This document shows positions 1 to 12,551 of a DNA stretch of 64,000 nt, in pieces (position 1 is the first letter of the stretch; each line of letters opens with the position of its first letter). This stretch comes from Euglena gracilis (taxonomy: Eukaryota), in the NCBI GenBank assembly GCA_039621445.1, contig CP154954.1, positions 17,390,589 to 17,454,588 of the forward strand, in the 5' to 3' direction. Position numbers and translations under genes: made by a program. The notes below the pieces were generated by a model that searched no databases, was not told where the DNA came from, and saw only the letters and a list, made by a program, of their open reading frames with translations.

Positions 1-861
1 GGTAATCGGGACAAATGCAAGCTGATGAAATCTGGCCTCCTGCAGTTTGTGCAACAATGGCCATGAGGATATGTGTTTTTCAAATTTGCCAAAATTTGCC
101 AAAATTCACCAATTTTACTGAATTTTGGCAATCTCTTGGCCTTTTTGGGGTTTTTTTGCCAATTTCTGCTGGGAAGTAATCCCATCCCGACTTGGGAAAA
201 TTTCGCAGATTTGGACCAGATTTTTACCTGCAATCGCAAGTCAAGGCCAGGGCCCGAGAAAAAAATTCGCAGTTTCAGTCATTTTGTGAAATGGGTGTAT
301 ATTTTGAGCTGTCATTCACACTTTTTCAACAAAAAGCCCCCCAAAAACATGACTTTTGCAATTTAGGGAACAAATATAGAATTTGGTGGCTGAAAACCCC
401 GAAAATGAAAAAATTAACAACAGTTTTGCTCCGCCATTTTTAAGGTTTTTTTCCCTCAAGTGCAGATTTGTTCCCTGAGGTTCAGTCATGGCCTGGGCCA
501 ATGATGGCCCTGAATATCTCTTTTTTGGGGGGCACGAACCGCCGGATTTTTTTCCTTGCAGTCAGGGTTTTCCCCCCTTGTCGAAGCACCCACATTACAA
601 ACATATCACTCCCCTCCACTTCATCTTCACCCCGTCTCTTCCGGTGCTTTGACCTCCCCTGGGGGGGGGGGTCGGGCCGAGTGCCCCCCTCTTCTCTACC
701 GCCAAGGTTCCGGTCACAGGTTGCAGGTCATGGGGGTGTTACGACCACTCCCCCGGTCACAGGTTGCAGGAACCCGGTCGTACAACAAGGGGGGGGGGGG
801 GGGGTATGGCTTGGATGGAAAAAGGGGGGTGGGCCTGCTCTTACTGTGCTCACCCCCACAG

Positions 862-1024
862 ACCGCCCTCCCCACGATGATGCACCCCATCAGCCCCCTG
901 CGCTTCATGCTGGGCGTGATGACCGTCGGCCCCCTCTCCTTCGTGGGCCTCGTCTGCGGGCTGTACAACGCCGAGGAGGCGTACCACACCCCGGCCTGGC
1001 GCCAGAGCCGCCGCGTCGTGCACA
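862..1024 (+). CDS. Probable isolated host exon (hydrophobic segment, possible membrane protein)
   Basis: Follows an acceptor-like CTCACCCCCACAG (AG ends at 861). GC3-rich codons give TALPTMMHPISPLRFMLGVMTVGPLSFVGLVCGLYNAEEAYHTPAWRQSRRVVH. There is no GT donor at the 3' end and the family is not recognised. Confidence 0.4.
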
Positions 1025-1477
1025 GGGCAGGGGCCCCCTCTAATGGCATGGTCCATCTCGTTGTTGTTTTTTTTTTGCAAGCAGACATCGAGCCAGACTT
1101 TTTTTCAGTCGGGTGCCTACCCCACATGGGGAGGTGGGTGCTAGGGGCAGGCACCCCATAGCACCCCTGCCAACCCCCCCCCCCCCAGGGGGCCGGGTTT
1201 TGGGCAAGCATCCGACCCTGGGTCCCCCGGGCTGCCCCACCCCCCCCCGGGTGCGCCTGCCAGGGGCAGGCACCCTATAGCCCCCACCCCCCCCCTCCCC
1301 CGGTCGGTAAAAAAAAAGCTGCACCAGCCAATTTTTTTGTGTTTCTTGTCTTCCCCTCCCATTGACGTTCAGGTCAAGGGTGATGGACGTTTTTTTGTTG
1401 ATTTACACCTGCGCCTTCCTTGCAGGACCTCTTCGGGCCTTGAAAGGGTCCAAAGTCTTGGCTTTGGGTCTCCCAAT

Positions 1478-1894
1478 CATACATCTCTTTGAGGTTTTGC
1501 AGACCCCCTGGGGGGGCTGCTGTAGCCAGCCCCGATTCTGGTCCAGCCCAGCTGCAGCCCCCCCCCCCCCCCGGGGGGATGCTCCTTGCCCTGCTAGCCA
1601 GCCCCTTTTTGGAGGGTCCAGCCCAAAAATTTGCAGCGCAAAGCGCCGGAAAAAGGTGTTCAAAAATGGCAAAAATGGTGTTTTGGGGCATTTTGGGGGG
1701 GGTTGCATGTGCTCATTTTTTTTTCAATATTGTGTTTTGCAGGTATTTTTTTAGGCCATTGTCCGATTTTGGCCTAGCCTGGCCCACCTCAGGTCCAGCC
1801 GGGGTCCAACCTCCCCCCCTCTCGCTGGGGGGGCTGGCCAGCCCAAATTTCTAGCCCTGGCTCAGCAACCCCCGGGTCGTTAAAGAGATGCATG
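1478..1894. mobile_element. hAT-type MITE
   Basis: TIRs CATACATCTCTTT / AAAGAGATGCATG. Flanks CTCCCAAT (1470-1477) and CTCCCAAA (1895-1902) form a 7/8 match for an 8-bp TSD. Same family as 5428-5878. Confidence 0.75.
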
Positions 1895-2356
1895 CTCCCA
1901 AACTTCTTTTTTTGGGTGATTCTGAACACCGAGAAAGATTGAACCGCTTGTTGTATGGCCACCCATGTTGAACGATCACCCCCTGGTCGTTCGCTGTGGG
2001 TTGGGGATTTCGGCAACCCACGCCATTGACTGCAGTGCTCATCAATTTCCTTTTGGTTTGGGCGGTTGGTGACGCCAGGAAGGGGTGCTTTTCTTTGAAA
2101 AGGTGACCCTTCTCAAAGAATGTCTTTGAAAGGTCATCCAAAATGGAACATTTTTTCCCCCGAATCCCCATTTACCCCGTGGGCCTTGGTCCAGACCAAT
2201 TGCTTTCATTTTGATGACATTTGTTGAATTTGAAAGATTTGGGATGCAAACGGCAATGCTATCCCGCCAAGGTGTTTCTGCAATGTCATTTGTGTGTTCT
2301 CAATCCAGGCAGGGGATCTTTTTTTTCATTGTCTCCAAAGTCAATTCAACATCCTA

Positions 2357-2580
2357 CCCGCCCCCCCCCCCTTGTCGTACGACCACCCCTCATTTACGAC
2401 CCCCCCCCCGGTCACAGGTTGCAGGTCATGGGGGTGTTATGACCACCCCTCCCGGTCACAGGTTGCAGGCTGCGAAAAATTTAACACCACCTTACCTACG
2501 ACCGCCCCCTCATTTACGACCACCCCCCCGGTCGCAGGTTGCAGGAACCCGGTCATACGACTAGGGGGGGGGGGGGCGGG
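2357..2580. mobile_element. Tc1/mariner-type MITE (GTCACAGGTTGCAGG family)
   Basis: TIRs CCCG-C(n)-TTGTCGTACGACC / GGTCATACGACTA-G(n)-CGGG, flanked by TA on both sides. A related partial copy lies at ~690-806. Confidence 0.7.
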
Positions 2581-5427
2581 TAACAACAAATTCGCCCAGG
2601 CTTCTCTGCTCCTCTGTAAAGCAAAGGGAGAGGGAGGTTCGACCCTCCAACCCCCTGAAGCGTCAAGTTTCTTTTTCCAAGCCTGCCCCTGGCCCAGGGC
2701 AGCGTTGAGAGCAAGTGGGACCCTGGCGGCAAGCCATCGAGGAAGCGGAGACTACCCCCGGGATCCGCACCGATGCCGCCGCCCCCATCGCCATGTGAGG
2801 CAGGCGCCGGACCCCATCCAAGTGAGGCAGCCCCAGAGCATCTTCACAGCTGTGCTGGGACCCTTTTGAGCTCGGCCGACAGTTCCAAAGTTGGCACGAG
2901 CAGCGGGTTTGCTTTTTTGAAATGGAACCTTGCCCACCTTCAACCCCACCCCTCGAAGCGTGTGGCAGTGGCACTGGGGGGCAGCATTTGGGCGCTGTGT
3001 TGGAAGAAAAGGGCCTTTTTGCCAATCCCCTCCCCTTTCCTGCTCATATTTGCCCTCCCCCCCAAAGTTGGTTTATTTTCCCCCTCCTCTGTTTCTGCGG
3101 AGGTTCTCCAGAGAGTCTGGTTGCCTGAGGGCCCAAAGGTTCCCAGGCTTCAGGACTGGCGCCTGTGTGGCAGGTGCCATCACCGACTCGCCCATCCCAT
3201 CGTCTTTTTGTTGTGTGTTGTTGTTGTTGTCGTGGAAGAAACAACGTCGTGGCAGGGCGTGGACCAGCACAAAAAAAGTGAAGAGCACAAGGGTCAAGCC
3301 ATTTCAGATTCCGTCTTTTTTTTGCATTTGTCGTCAAACTAGAAGCCACCGTTTATTTTTTGATATTTTTTATTTTGCCGGAAAAATTTCCACTCTCTTC
3401 GAATGCGTAAGTTTGCTAAAATCTCTGACATCAGCCACCAAGACCAAGGTTTGGTGGCCCTCGGCTGGGCCTGTTGCCTGGTGTTCAGTAACAGGGGAAT
3501 TAAAATACCTTTACATTAGGCTTTTTAGAGCTTCAACTTTCAGGTTCCTAATGCTTTCTTTTGATTTTCCAGTTTTGATATTTTGAATTTTTTTGACTTT
3601 TTGACCCCCCCCAAAATGGCCCCAAAATAGCCAAAAAAGGCTGCATTTGGGGCCAGGCATACAGCTGGCCCTGGCATCCCATACGGAGTGATGGATTGTC
3701 CCAGGGGCTTTTTTTCTAGGTCAAAATATTTTTTGAAAAATCGATTTTTGGACCCAAAATCTCACCTCGGCGAAATGTGGTGAGGTGGCAGTGAGCAGTG
3801 AGCAGTGAGCTGCCCAGTTTGGATCCTTTTCAGTTGAATTACTCACGGGTCTGGCAGGGAGTTGGGGGGGGGGGTCAAACGGGGGTGCTTCAGAAAGCCG
3901 CGATCCAGTCAGATGTGACTGAAAGATAATTCCAGGAATGAGGCCAGTGAATTCCGGGAATGGTGATGATCTGCGGTTTGCATTGCCGACAGGACTGGAG
4001 GGGCTGGACCAGGAGTTTTCTTATCTGCAGGGGGGGGTCCAGCCAGCTTTTTTTCCAGCCGAGCTGTGGACCCCGGGGGTCCGCTGAAATAAAGTTTGGG
4101 TCAGCCGGGCAAACCCAGGCTGGACCAAAAAGAATTCTATGCGCAAACTGCTGAATTTTTTTTTAAAAAGGGGTCAAAAATGGCCACAAAAAAATGGCAT
4201 TTATGGGTGGTTTTTGGGTCTTCACCACCTAATTTTGGCAGAAAAATGCTAACCAGCTGGATTTGGGTTTTTTTGGCAATTTTTTTTGGTACCCGCTGGG
4301 TCCAGCTCCCAGCCAGCCGGACCCCCGCCCCCCCCCCCCCCCCCGGACTCCCCACCCCCTAGGGGGGGTCCAGCCAGCACCTTTTTCCAGCCGGCCCGCA
4401 GGACCCCCTGTTGGTGCTTGAGAAATCCCTGGACACCCTTTCCCCGGTGGTAAAGACAAAAAAAGACAGGGGGGAGGTGGAAACACAAACACGTTTTTTG
4501 AGGGTTTTTTTACGTTTTTCGCTTTTGGCAAAAATTGGCGGTTTTTTTTGTGTTTTTTTCCCAGCGATTTTGGTATTTTTTTTGTAAATGTCCTTGACAA
4601 AAGACATTCCTTGTTTTGGCCCCGTTTTTCCCCTGAGACCAGAAATTTGGTTTATTTTTTGTCATTTTTGCATTTTTTTGGTGTTTTCGGCCGATTTCGA
4701 CTGGATTTTGGGTGAGTGGGTGGGTGGTTGCCCCCCCCCCCCCGGAGGGTCATGGGTGGGTGGGTTTGCCTTGGTCTGCTCCCCCCCAATGTGATTTGGC
4801 ATCGTACCAGGTTTCTTGTGAAGTCAGATGACCCCCCCCCAGTCTGGCAGGGCAGAACGGGAATCGGCCAAACAGCGGGGGGGGTAGACCACCCCCCCCC
4901 ACCACCCACTCTTCCCGTTTTTCTGGTGACACCAGTTTTTGGACCCCAAGAATTTTTCCCGGCGCCAAAGGCGCTGGGGGTGTTTTGGACCCATTTTGGG
5001 ACCCATTTTGGGACCCATGTAGGAGGTCCCCCCAAACCCCCATTTTTTCACACTTTCCAAAATTTCAGTTTCTCAACATTTTGATTTTGAGAGGATTTTG
5101 AAGCAAAAATGCCATTGAAAATCCAACAGAAACTCTGGACCTCTGGCCGGGACCCTGGCTTGGGGTCAGAAAATTGTTTAAGCACTGAACAACACTCCCC
5201 CGGGGGGGTGGGTGACTGGTTTTTTCAAAGTGACTGACTGGTTTTTTTGCCCGGACCCCTCCCCCCCCCCCCCGGGGGGGTCGGCCAGGAGTGGGCAAAA
5301 GTGGGTTGAGTGACCCCGGCGCCGAAGGCGCCGGAAAATTTTTTTGGCCTAAAATGGCCTAAAGTGACTGGAAAGTGGCCGTTTTTCTGAGTGGCCGACC
5401 CCCCCCCCCAGGGGGGGGGGTAGTGAC

Positions 5428-5878
5428 CATACATCTCTCTAAGGTTTTGCGAACCCCCCCCCCCCCCGGGGGGCGGCTGCAGCCAGCCCTGATTTGGGCC
5501 CAGCCCAGCCGCAGCAGCACCCCCCCCCCCCCCGGGGGGGGTGCTGCTAGCCCAGCTAGCCAGCCCCTTTTTTGGGGGTCCAGCAAAAAATTTTTCGGCG
5601 CAAAGCAAAGAAATTTTTTGAAAAATTGTGTTCAAAAGTGGCCAAAAATGGGGTTTGGGGGGCGTTTGGGGCATTTTTGGGGGGTTTCAGATGCGTCATT
5701 TTTTCAAAACTGTGTTCTGCAGGTCATTTTTGGGCATTTTTCCGATTTCAGTCCAGCTCGCCCCGGTTCGGGTCCAGCCGGGGCCTAGCCCCCCCCCGGG
5801 GGGGGGGGCGGGCTAGCCAGCCCAAATTTCTAGCCCTAGCCCAGCACCCCCCCCCCGGGGTCCTTAAAGAGATGTATG
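5428..5878. mobile_element. hAT-type MITE nested in another repeat
   Basis: TIRs CATACATCTC / GAGATGTATG with a perfect 8-bp TSD GTAGTGAC (5420-5427 and 5879-5886). Confidence 0.85.
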
Positions 5879-7399
5879 GTAGTGACTGGCTGGTTTTTTG
5901 AAAATGAGTGACTGACTGGTTTTTTGAAAAAGTGGAGTGACCCCCCCTCCCCCCCCCCCAGGGGTCGGTAAGCAATTGTATGCTTGGGGTCCCGGCCAGA
6001 GGCCCGGGTGTGGGTTTCAGCACAAAGCGCCGAAAAAATTTTGGGGAATGGACAGCCCAATTTTTGGGGTGTCCCGTGCTGGGCTGGGTGGGGGGGACCC
6101 CCCCCTCGCCGCGGGGGCCTTCAAAAGAAGTCTGCATCGTAGTCAGTGACGTTGGAATCGGCAACCTTTTGCACAGCTTGCCCCACCTTTTCAGTGTGTC
6201 GCCGCCCTGGCTTGCACTGGCCATCCTCCCCTCAGTGGCGGCCGTCTGGCCCATCGCCGTGGCTGCCACCCCCGTATCGGATATCGTCCCTCCCCCTGCA
6301 CCCTGCACCCCCTCGTGCACTCCCCCGGCGTAGCTCTTGCTGGGGGTGCCCTCTGCGGAGGTGTTCTCCCCACCCAGCCCTGCTCAGTGGACTGCACTCC
6401 TTCTGGTGGGTGTAATGCGCAAATGTGCTTTCAAAGGTTTTCTTTCTGTCCCCTCCCCCGCCCCCATGTCCAATGAACACAACAGTCACCTCACTGTTTG
6501 TTGGACACAAGGGGGATCAGATTCAACTTTCTGCAGAACATATTATGAGTTAGTATTCCAAAGTTCAAACGTAGGTTCCCCCCCCCCAAACACATCACAG
6601 GTGAGGTATGAGAAACAGTTGGCGGAAGAGGGTTTGAAGACAATTTTGATGTAAATGCGTTGCCTTGACCTCATTCACTCGAAAACCATTGATTTCACGT
6701 GTGAAAGCCACACCTCAGCAATGACAAGGGTCCCAGCCAGTGCCCAAGAGGGGTGGGGGGGGGCACAGGGGAAGAAAGCTCAAAAACGGAAACAGTGAGA
6801 AGAGGGGTGAAGGCATCGAACACAGGGCGTAGGGGGGCTCGCGAGTGTGTGTGAACCAGGGGTTTTTTTTAGACTTGGACCCCCTCCCCCGGGGGGAGGG
6901 GGGGTAGGGTGGGTGAGTCCAATGCACCCTCCACCACCCCCCCGGGGGTTTTTTTTAAGGCCGGGGGGGGGGGGAGGGGGTCGGCACCACCCACCCACCC
7001 CCTGGGGTGGGGCCCCCCCGGGGGAGGGGGGGGGTCCCGGGGGGCCCACCCACTTTTGCCCGAAAATGGCCAAAAATGCTACAAATAGAAGCTTTTTCAA
7101 ATTTTTTGACGCCTGCGGCGCCGAAAAAGATATACCCACCAGCCCCCACCCCCACTGGTGTGAACGCCCAGCAGTCCACAGCAACCGTATGGGAGGCGCA
7201 CCATCGCCTCCTGTCTCAGGGTATTTCAGAGCAGCACACCAACGCATCACTGGCTTCGGATGCCAACAAGCTGTCCCCAGTTTTGTGGCCCGATTTGAGT
7301 TGTCGTCATTCAACCGCTTTTCTGCAATGTATCCATCGCCCAGGGGCGGATGAGCTGTTGATTTGCGTCGCCATCGAAGGGAGTATGCCCACAGGCAGG

Positions 7400-8540
7400 C
7401 ACCTATGCCGACCGCAGCCGACCGCACAGCCGACCGCAGCCGACCGCAGCCGACCGCGGGTTTCAGGACTGTCATAGGTGGGGTGCCGACCGCAGCCGAC
7501 CGCAGCCGACCGCAGCCGACCGCGCAACTTTTTTTCTAATTGATGTCAATTTTTCAGTGAGAATGAGGAATTAGGCTCATTTTTATCCCAGATGTTGAGA
7601 TTTTTCTGGCTCATCTGGCTCATGTTGTCACTTTTGGCCACTTTTGGCCACTTTTGGCCATTTTTGGTCGCTTTTGTCCCCTTTTGGCCCATTTGTCACC
7701 ATAATTCACCCATTTTGATCTATTTTGACATTTTTTGGCCACTTTTTGCCCACTTCTTGTAGTCTTGGGCCATTTTGGGCCATTTTGGGCCATTTTTGAC
7801 CATTTAAAGCCATTTTCGACTTTTTCTTTTGTTATTTTTGCCCATTTTTTGGTCTCTTTTTGGTCCAATTTAACCATTTTCAGCATTGTGAGTGAACAAA
7901 AGCTGCTAAAATGACCCAAATTGGCCAAAAGCAGGGTCATTTTGGGCCATTTTTGGCTTTTTTGGACCACTTTGGGCATTTTTTTTGTTATTTTTGCCTG
8001 CTTTTGGAACTTTTGGCCATTTTAATCATTTTTTGCCACTTTAGGCCATTTTTAGGTCACGTTTGGCTGCTCTTCGTGTCAAAAGCAACAAAAAGACGTT
8101 TAAAGTGGCCTGCAAGTGGCCAGAAGTGGGTAAAAATGGCCAACAGCAGAGAAAAGTGGTCAAAAGTGGGTTAAAGAGGCCAAAAGTGGTCAAAAGAGGT
8201 CAAAGCAAAGCAAAAGCTGGCCAAAAGCAGCCAAAGCCCAGCAAAAAGTGGGCAAAAGCAACAAAAGCGACCAAAAGAAAGCAAAAGGCAATAATGGGCA
8301 AAGGCAGCAAAAATCGACCAAAAGTCGGCAACAGTGGCCAAAAGCAGTCCAAAAGCATCAAAAACTGCCAAAAGCAGCGAAAAGTGGCCAAAAGTTGGCA
8401 ACAGTGGATTGTGTGATTGTGATATATGCTCATTTTTTGTTGGCCTGCCCCCCACCCACGGCCAACTACTTTGCCGACCGCAGCCGACCGCAGCCGACCG
8501 CAGCCGACCGCGGGCTAAAATTTGGAATCTGTCATAGGTG
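7400..8540. repeat. Foldback-like element with (GCCGACCGCA)n arrays and inverted degenerate TTTTGGCCA / TGGCCAAAA blocks
   Basis: Ends CACCTATG...CATAGGTG. Arrays of the 10-mer at ~7410-7525 and ~8472-8511. A T-rich block (~7620-8070) is mirrored by an A-rich block (~8080-8400). Confidence 0.55.
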
Positions 8541-9514
8541 CTTGTGGGACATTTTCTGGGAAGACGGGATGGGCCCTGCCTTCTGCCTCTTCTTCAAACA
8601 GCCACTGCCAGCGATGCCTGAAGCTTTGCTCTGTCCCAGGCCTGGCCCTGCCCCTCATCCTCCCGGGCATCGCCTGCTTTCCACGGTGGTCGTTGTCGCT
8701 TTGATCCTGACCGGTACAGTGCCGCACATCGTTCTCTGTCTCGTCAACGTCACATCGTTCTTGTCTTCGGCAACGCCAAAAAAAAGAGGGCAAAGTTTGC
8801 ACCTCCCCAACGCTGCTTTTTCGCTTTCAAAGGCAAAAATGAAAGCAGTGACCACCAGGCTCCAGGCGGCGCATTGCTGAACTAAGACCTGTCCCCCTCC
8901 CCCCCGCGGGGGGGGGGGGAGGTGACTGACTGGTTTTTCCAGACTGACTGGTTTTCTGGCCAAGAACCCCTGGGGGGGGGCAGGCCCGAAAATGGCTCGC
9001 CCGGCGCCGAAGGCGACGGAATTTTTTGGGGATTTTTTTGAGACTTTTTGGCCACACATCCTCCTTAACAAACGTTCAATCCTCAGCCGACCCACATCCT
9101 CCTTGGCAAATGTTCAATCCTCAGCCGACCCGACACTTGCCATTGTGAGGCCATGCGACCATTCGGGCTCCGCACAGCGAGATGGTGAGGTCCTGCTTTC
9201 CTTGCCGGCTGTTCAGTTCTGGTGTGTTTGTGCGTGTGCGGGCGTGCTTCTTACTGCTTTTTGTTGCCGGAGTTGGCTGATTCCTATTTCTGCCCTTCGA
9301 CCTCAAGGAGAAAGAGTTTTACTTTTACGAGTTCAAGTGGAATTATTTTACGAGGAGTACTACTTTCCCGAAGACCATCACTTTGACCAACTGGTGGACC
9401 GAACTTTTTCGGAACTTCAACTTCCTGACGGAAGAATTCAACTCTTCGAGTTCAACTGGAATTATTCCCAGAAGTATTGCAATTTCCACAACAGAGATCA
9501 ACAACTAGACTTCC

Positions 9515-11257
9515 ATGAAGAATGAATTTCAAAGAAACTCTGAATTTCAAGAAGAACTTCAAAGAACTCCAAGAAGTCAGCTGAAGCTGGGGAAGGTGGA
9601 GGGGCGGCAGCAGCACACCTGTCCGTGGCCATCGCAACCCCCCCACCCCCCAGAGCATCAGAGATTTCAAAATCCCCCTCTCAACATGAGAATGGCCATG
9701 GAACATGGACAACTGTGGTCAGGAGGACAAGAAGACAGAAGGGGAATACCATCACAGGTCCAACAGACTCCCCCCCTTTTTCTATGTCCCCCCCCGTCCA
9801 GGGGACAAAGCCAGGGCTATGGCAGCCTTTCAACAAATATCAAAAATCCAAAGGATTCAAGTCATCATGGCTATGGCAGCCAGCATCCAAAAGGACCTGG
9901 GGTCCAGAATCAAGGCTATGGAAGCCATCATTCAAGAGGGCAGTGGGCCCATGGGCAAGGCTATGGCAGCCAGTGCCCCAGCCTGGAAAGATCCCACTGG
10001 GGAAGGGTATGTCCAACTTACCCCACAGCTCTCTCAAACATAAACCCCTCAGGAGCTGCCCATCCAAGCAAGCAGCCCCCCCTTCAGGGGAAGGCCAATG
10101 GAGGCCATTATATGCAAGAGGCCAATGGAGGCCAGAGGAAGCATCAAAATATCAAGGCCAATGGAGGCCATTTCAATCAAAATCAGGAGGCCATTGGAGG
10201 CCAGTGCATTCCAGATCACATCAGCCCTTGGGGGGGAGGCCCAAGATTGGCTACACCAGGGCCCCCCCAGAAGGTAATCAGCCCACACCCCCCAGCTATA
10301 TATGTACCTCCCCACTGCAGACACAGACCTTCCCCCATCTTTCAAATTCAGGGGGAAAGCCTGTCTTTGAGCAGCCCTATGGCAGGGCAAGAGGTGATCC
10401 CAGTGATGGGGCAGCCAGGGAGGACCCCAGTGATGGGGCCAGGGGGAAGGACCCCAGTGATGGGGCCTGTGGAATCCCCAGACACATTACACCCAGGGGT
10501 GCCCCCCTACAGAGCCCTGCAGGCCAGCATTCCCCATTGGGTCAAGGCAGGAGCCAGCACAGAGGTATTGAACTTAATAAGGGAAGGGGTCAGGGCAGAT
10601 ATTCCCCTCCCCCCTCAGATGTCCTTAAAAGTTCCCTTCAAAACTCCCCAAGAAATAATGACTGCCCAGAAAATTCTGAGGGAATACGAATGTGCAGGGA
10701 CCAGGCAAATCACCCCAGAGGAGGCAAAACATTTTGTCCCTTATTTTATCATTTCCAAAGAGGAAGGGGGAAAGACAAAGGAAAGACTAATTTCAGATTG
10801 TCGACAGTTAAATCTCCATTTCACCCCCCAGAAGTTCAGATTGGAACACATGGGAAACATCTTCCCATATCTCAGAAAAGGTTGGTTCTGTGGAAAAATA
10901 GATCTGAAAGATGCTTATTTCCACTTAAAGCTGCACAGCAGCCTGGAAAAACATGTTTGCATGCAGGTGGGGGGGAAAATGTGGCAATTTCAAGCTGCAT
11001 GCTTTGGTATAAGCAGCCTGCCACAAAAGTTTATGACTCTAATGAGAGTTTGGGAAAGGAAATGGAGAAAGGAAGGAAAGGTAGTTTTCATCTACCTGGA
11101 CGACATTTTGCTGTTAGCCCCCAGCAAAAAGACAGCAGCCCAACATTTGGCAGAAATGAAAAAAGATCTTTTACTGGCAGGTTTCAGAATAAACCTCCCC
11201 AAATCATGTCTGGAACCAACACAAGAAATAAACATTTGGGCCAGTGGATCAATTTGA
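9515..11257 (+). CDS. DIRS/Ngaro-type reverse transcriptase ORF
   Basis: Motifs RLISDCRQLN, KIDLKDAYFH, CFGISSLP, VFIYLDDILL (YLDD ~11093-11104) and GFRINLPKS. A long overlapping second ORF is typical of DIRS. A frameshift near 11230 leads into the RNase H frame. Confidence 0.9.
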   Translation: MKNEFQRNSEFQEELQRTPRSQLKLGKVEGRQQHTCPWPSQPPHPPEHQRFQNPPLNMRMAMEHGQLWSGGQEDRRGIPSQVQQTPPLFLCPPPSRGQSQGYGSLSTNIKNPKDSSHHGYGSQHPKGPGVQNQGYGSHHSRGQWAHGQGYGSQCPSLERSHWGRVCPTYPTALSNINPSGAAHPSKQPPLQGKANGGHYMQEANGGQRKHQNIKANGGHFNQNQEAIGGQCIPDHISPWGGGPRLATPGPPQKVISPHPPAIYVPPHCRHRPSPIFQIQGESLSLSSPMAGQEVIPVMGQPGRTPVMGPGGRTPVMGPVESPDTLHPGVPPYRALQASIPHWVKAGASTEVLNLIREGVRADIPLPPQMSLKVPFKTPQEIMTAQKILREYECAGTRQITPEEAKHFVPYFIISKEEGGKTKERLISDCRQLNLHFTPQKFRLEHMGNIFPYLRKGWFCGKIDLKDAYFHLKLHSSLEKHVCMQVGGKMWQFQAACFGISSLPQKFMTLMRVWERKWRKEGKVVFIYLDDILLLAPSKKTAAQHLAEMKKDLLLAGFRINLPKSCLEPTQEINIWASGSI

Positions 11258-11787
11258 AAAAAGGCCAACTGGAAATTCCACAGGAAAAACTGAAATCCTT
11301 AAGAAAGGAATTAGGAAAGGTGCTGACAGCACAAAAAATGAGCTGCAGAAAACTCAGCTCTATTGTAGGGCAAGTAAGAAGCTATTTAGTTTCAATGCCT
11401 TTTCTCAGAATTCTGACAGATCAACTTTGCAAAATGGTGGATTTGCACACCAAGTGGGGTTGGGACCACACCTTGACCATTCCCCAAGGGGTCAAAGATC
11501 AAATTGTGGAGTTAAAGGCATTTTTGCAGCCAGGTGTGGGCAGAGCATTTCAATCCCAGGCCTCTCAGGAACTCTTCTCAGACAGCAGCACCTGGCAATG
11601 GGGGGGGCTGGACAAAGATTCAGGCCAAAAGGTGCAGGATTTTTGGAGGGACCTGCATGTCCTTCACATCAATCAAAAAGAATTGCAGGCTGCAGTGGAA
11701 ACTGTAAAATCTTTGGCCAAACCAAAGCAAACGATTGTGCTTCATGTGGACAGTCAGGTGGCTGTCAGTTATTTAACAAAATGGGGA
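11230..11787 (+). CDS. DIRS-type RNase H, continuation of pol, 3'-truncated
   Basis: The frame of ORF 9625-11895 gives KHLGQWINL...LFSDSSTWQWGG...HINQKELQA...VDSQVAVSYLTKWG. It then runs into a MITE-like repeat. No tyrosine recombinase is seen. Confidence 0.85.
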
Positions 11788-11893
11788 GGGGGGTCCTATT
11801 TTTGGATTTTTGCTCGATCGGCTCAGGGGGGGTCTTATTTTTGGGGGTGGTCTTATTTTTGGGGGGGGTCTTATTTTGGGGGGGGGTTACCAT
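11788..11893. mobile_element. MITE fragment (GGTCTTATTTTGG repeats) truncating the DIRS element
   Basis: Four G-tract/TCTTATTTT units resemble the ATAAGACC motif family at 53494-53662. Confidence 0.5.
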
Positions 11894-12551
11894 AGGGCTT
11901 AATGCACCTGTTTTGCCTATCAGGTATTCTCCATGTTGATGTGGTTGGTTGACATACCATAGGGGGGCCTCTGTGGGTCCCCCCCTTGATTGAATGATCG
12001 GAAATTGAAAAATATTCATTGGAGGGGTTCTTGCCCCTCCCTCCAAAAGGACCACTGTGGGTGTGGGCGGCGGCGGCCTGAGCGCATGCGCACACAAAGT
12101 AGCGGAACCCTCCGCTACTACCTGACCACCCCCTTTCTGCATTTGCCTTCCGCAGGCTCCCTTGTTTCCATGGATTCAATCTGATTTGTGCATTGGAATT
12201 CAAGTTTTCAAGTTCAATTGTTCAATTCAATCAAATACAAAGATTTCAAAGAAACCAAAGGAAACTGCCAAAGGAGAAATTACCTTCAAGGAGATCAAAG
12301 AAAACCTCAAGGAATTGGCCTACCAGGAGCGCCCCAAGGCAATTTCAAAGGTACTTGCTGGATTTGGCTGGGCTAAGTGGCTATAAGGGTGGGAAGCACC
12401 CCCTGAAAACCCCTAGCACCCAGGCTTTTCCGCCCCCCCTCTGTCCCCCCTCAATTTCCCCCCTGCGAGGGCCCACCTAAGCGGCTCCGCAGACCCCCAG
12501 AGGCATCGCAGGAGGCACCCCCCTCCACTCCGCCGCCGGGAACACTAAAAA

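Noticed and set aside
7410-7525. Short repeat arrays as a possible CRISPR array (also the CCGAACCGGCG repeats)
   Set aside because: No unique spacers of regular length, no cas genes, and a eukaryotic transposon context.
73-9100. Numerous 60-230-aa ORFs in MITE-rich DNA (also most of 41-58 kb)
   Set aside because: They are translations of G/C/A/T homopolymer-rich repeats with no recognisable domain.
12365-12385. TGGCTGGGCTAAGTGG as the Gypsy primer-binding site
   Set aside because: I cannot match it to a tRNA 3' end, and the LTR end is undefined without a second LTR.
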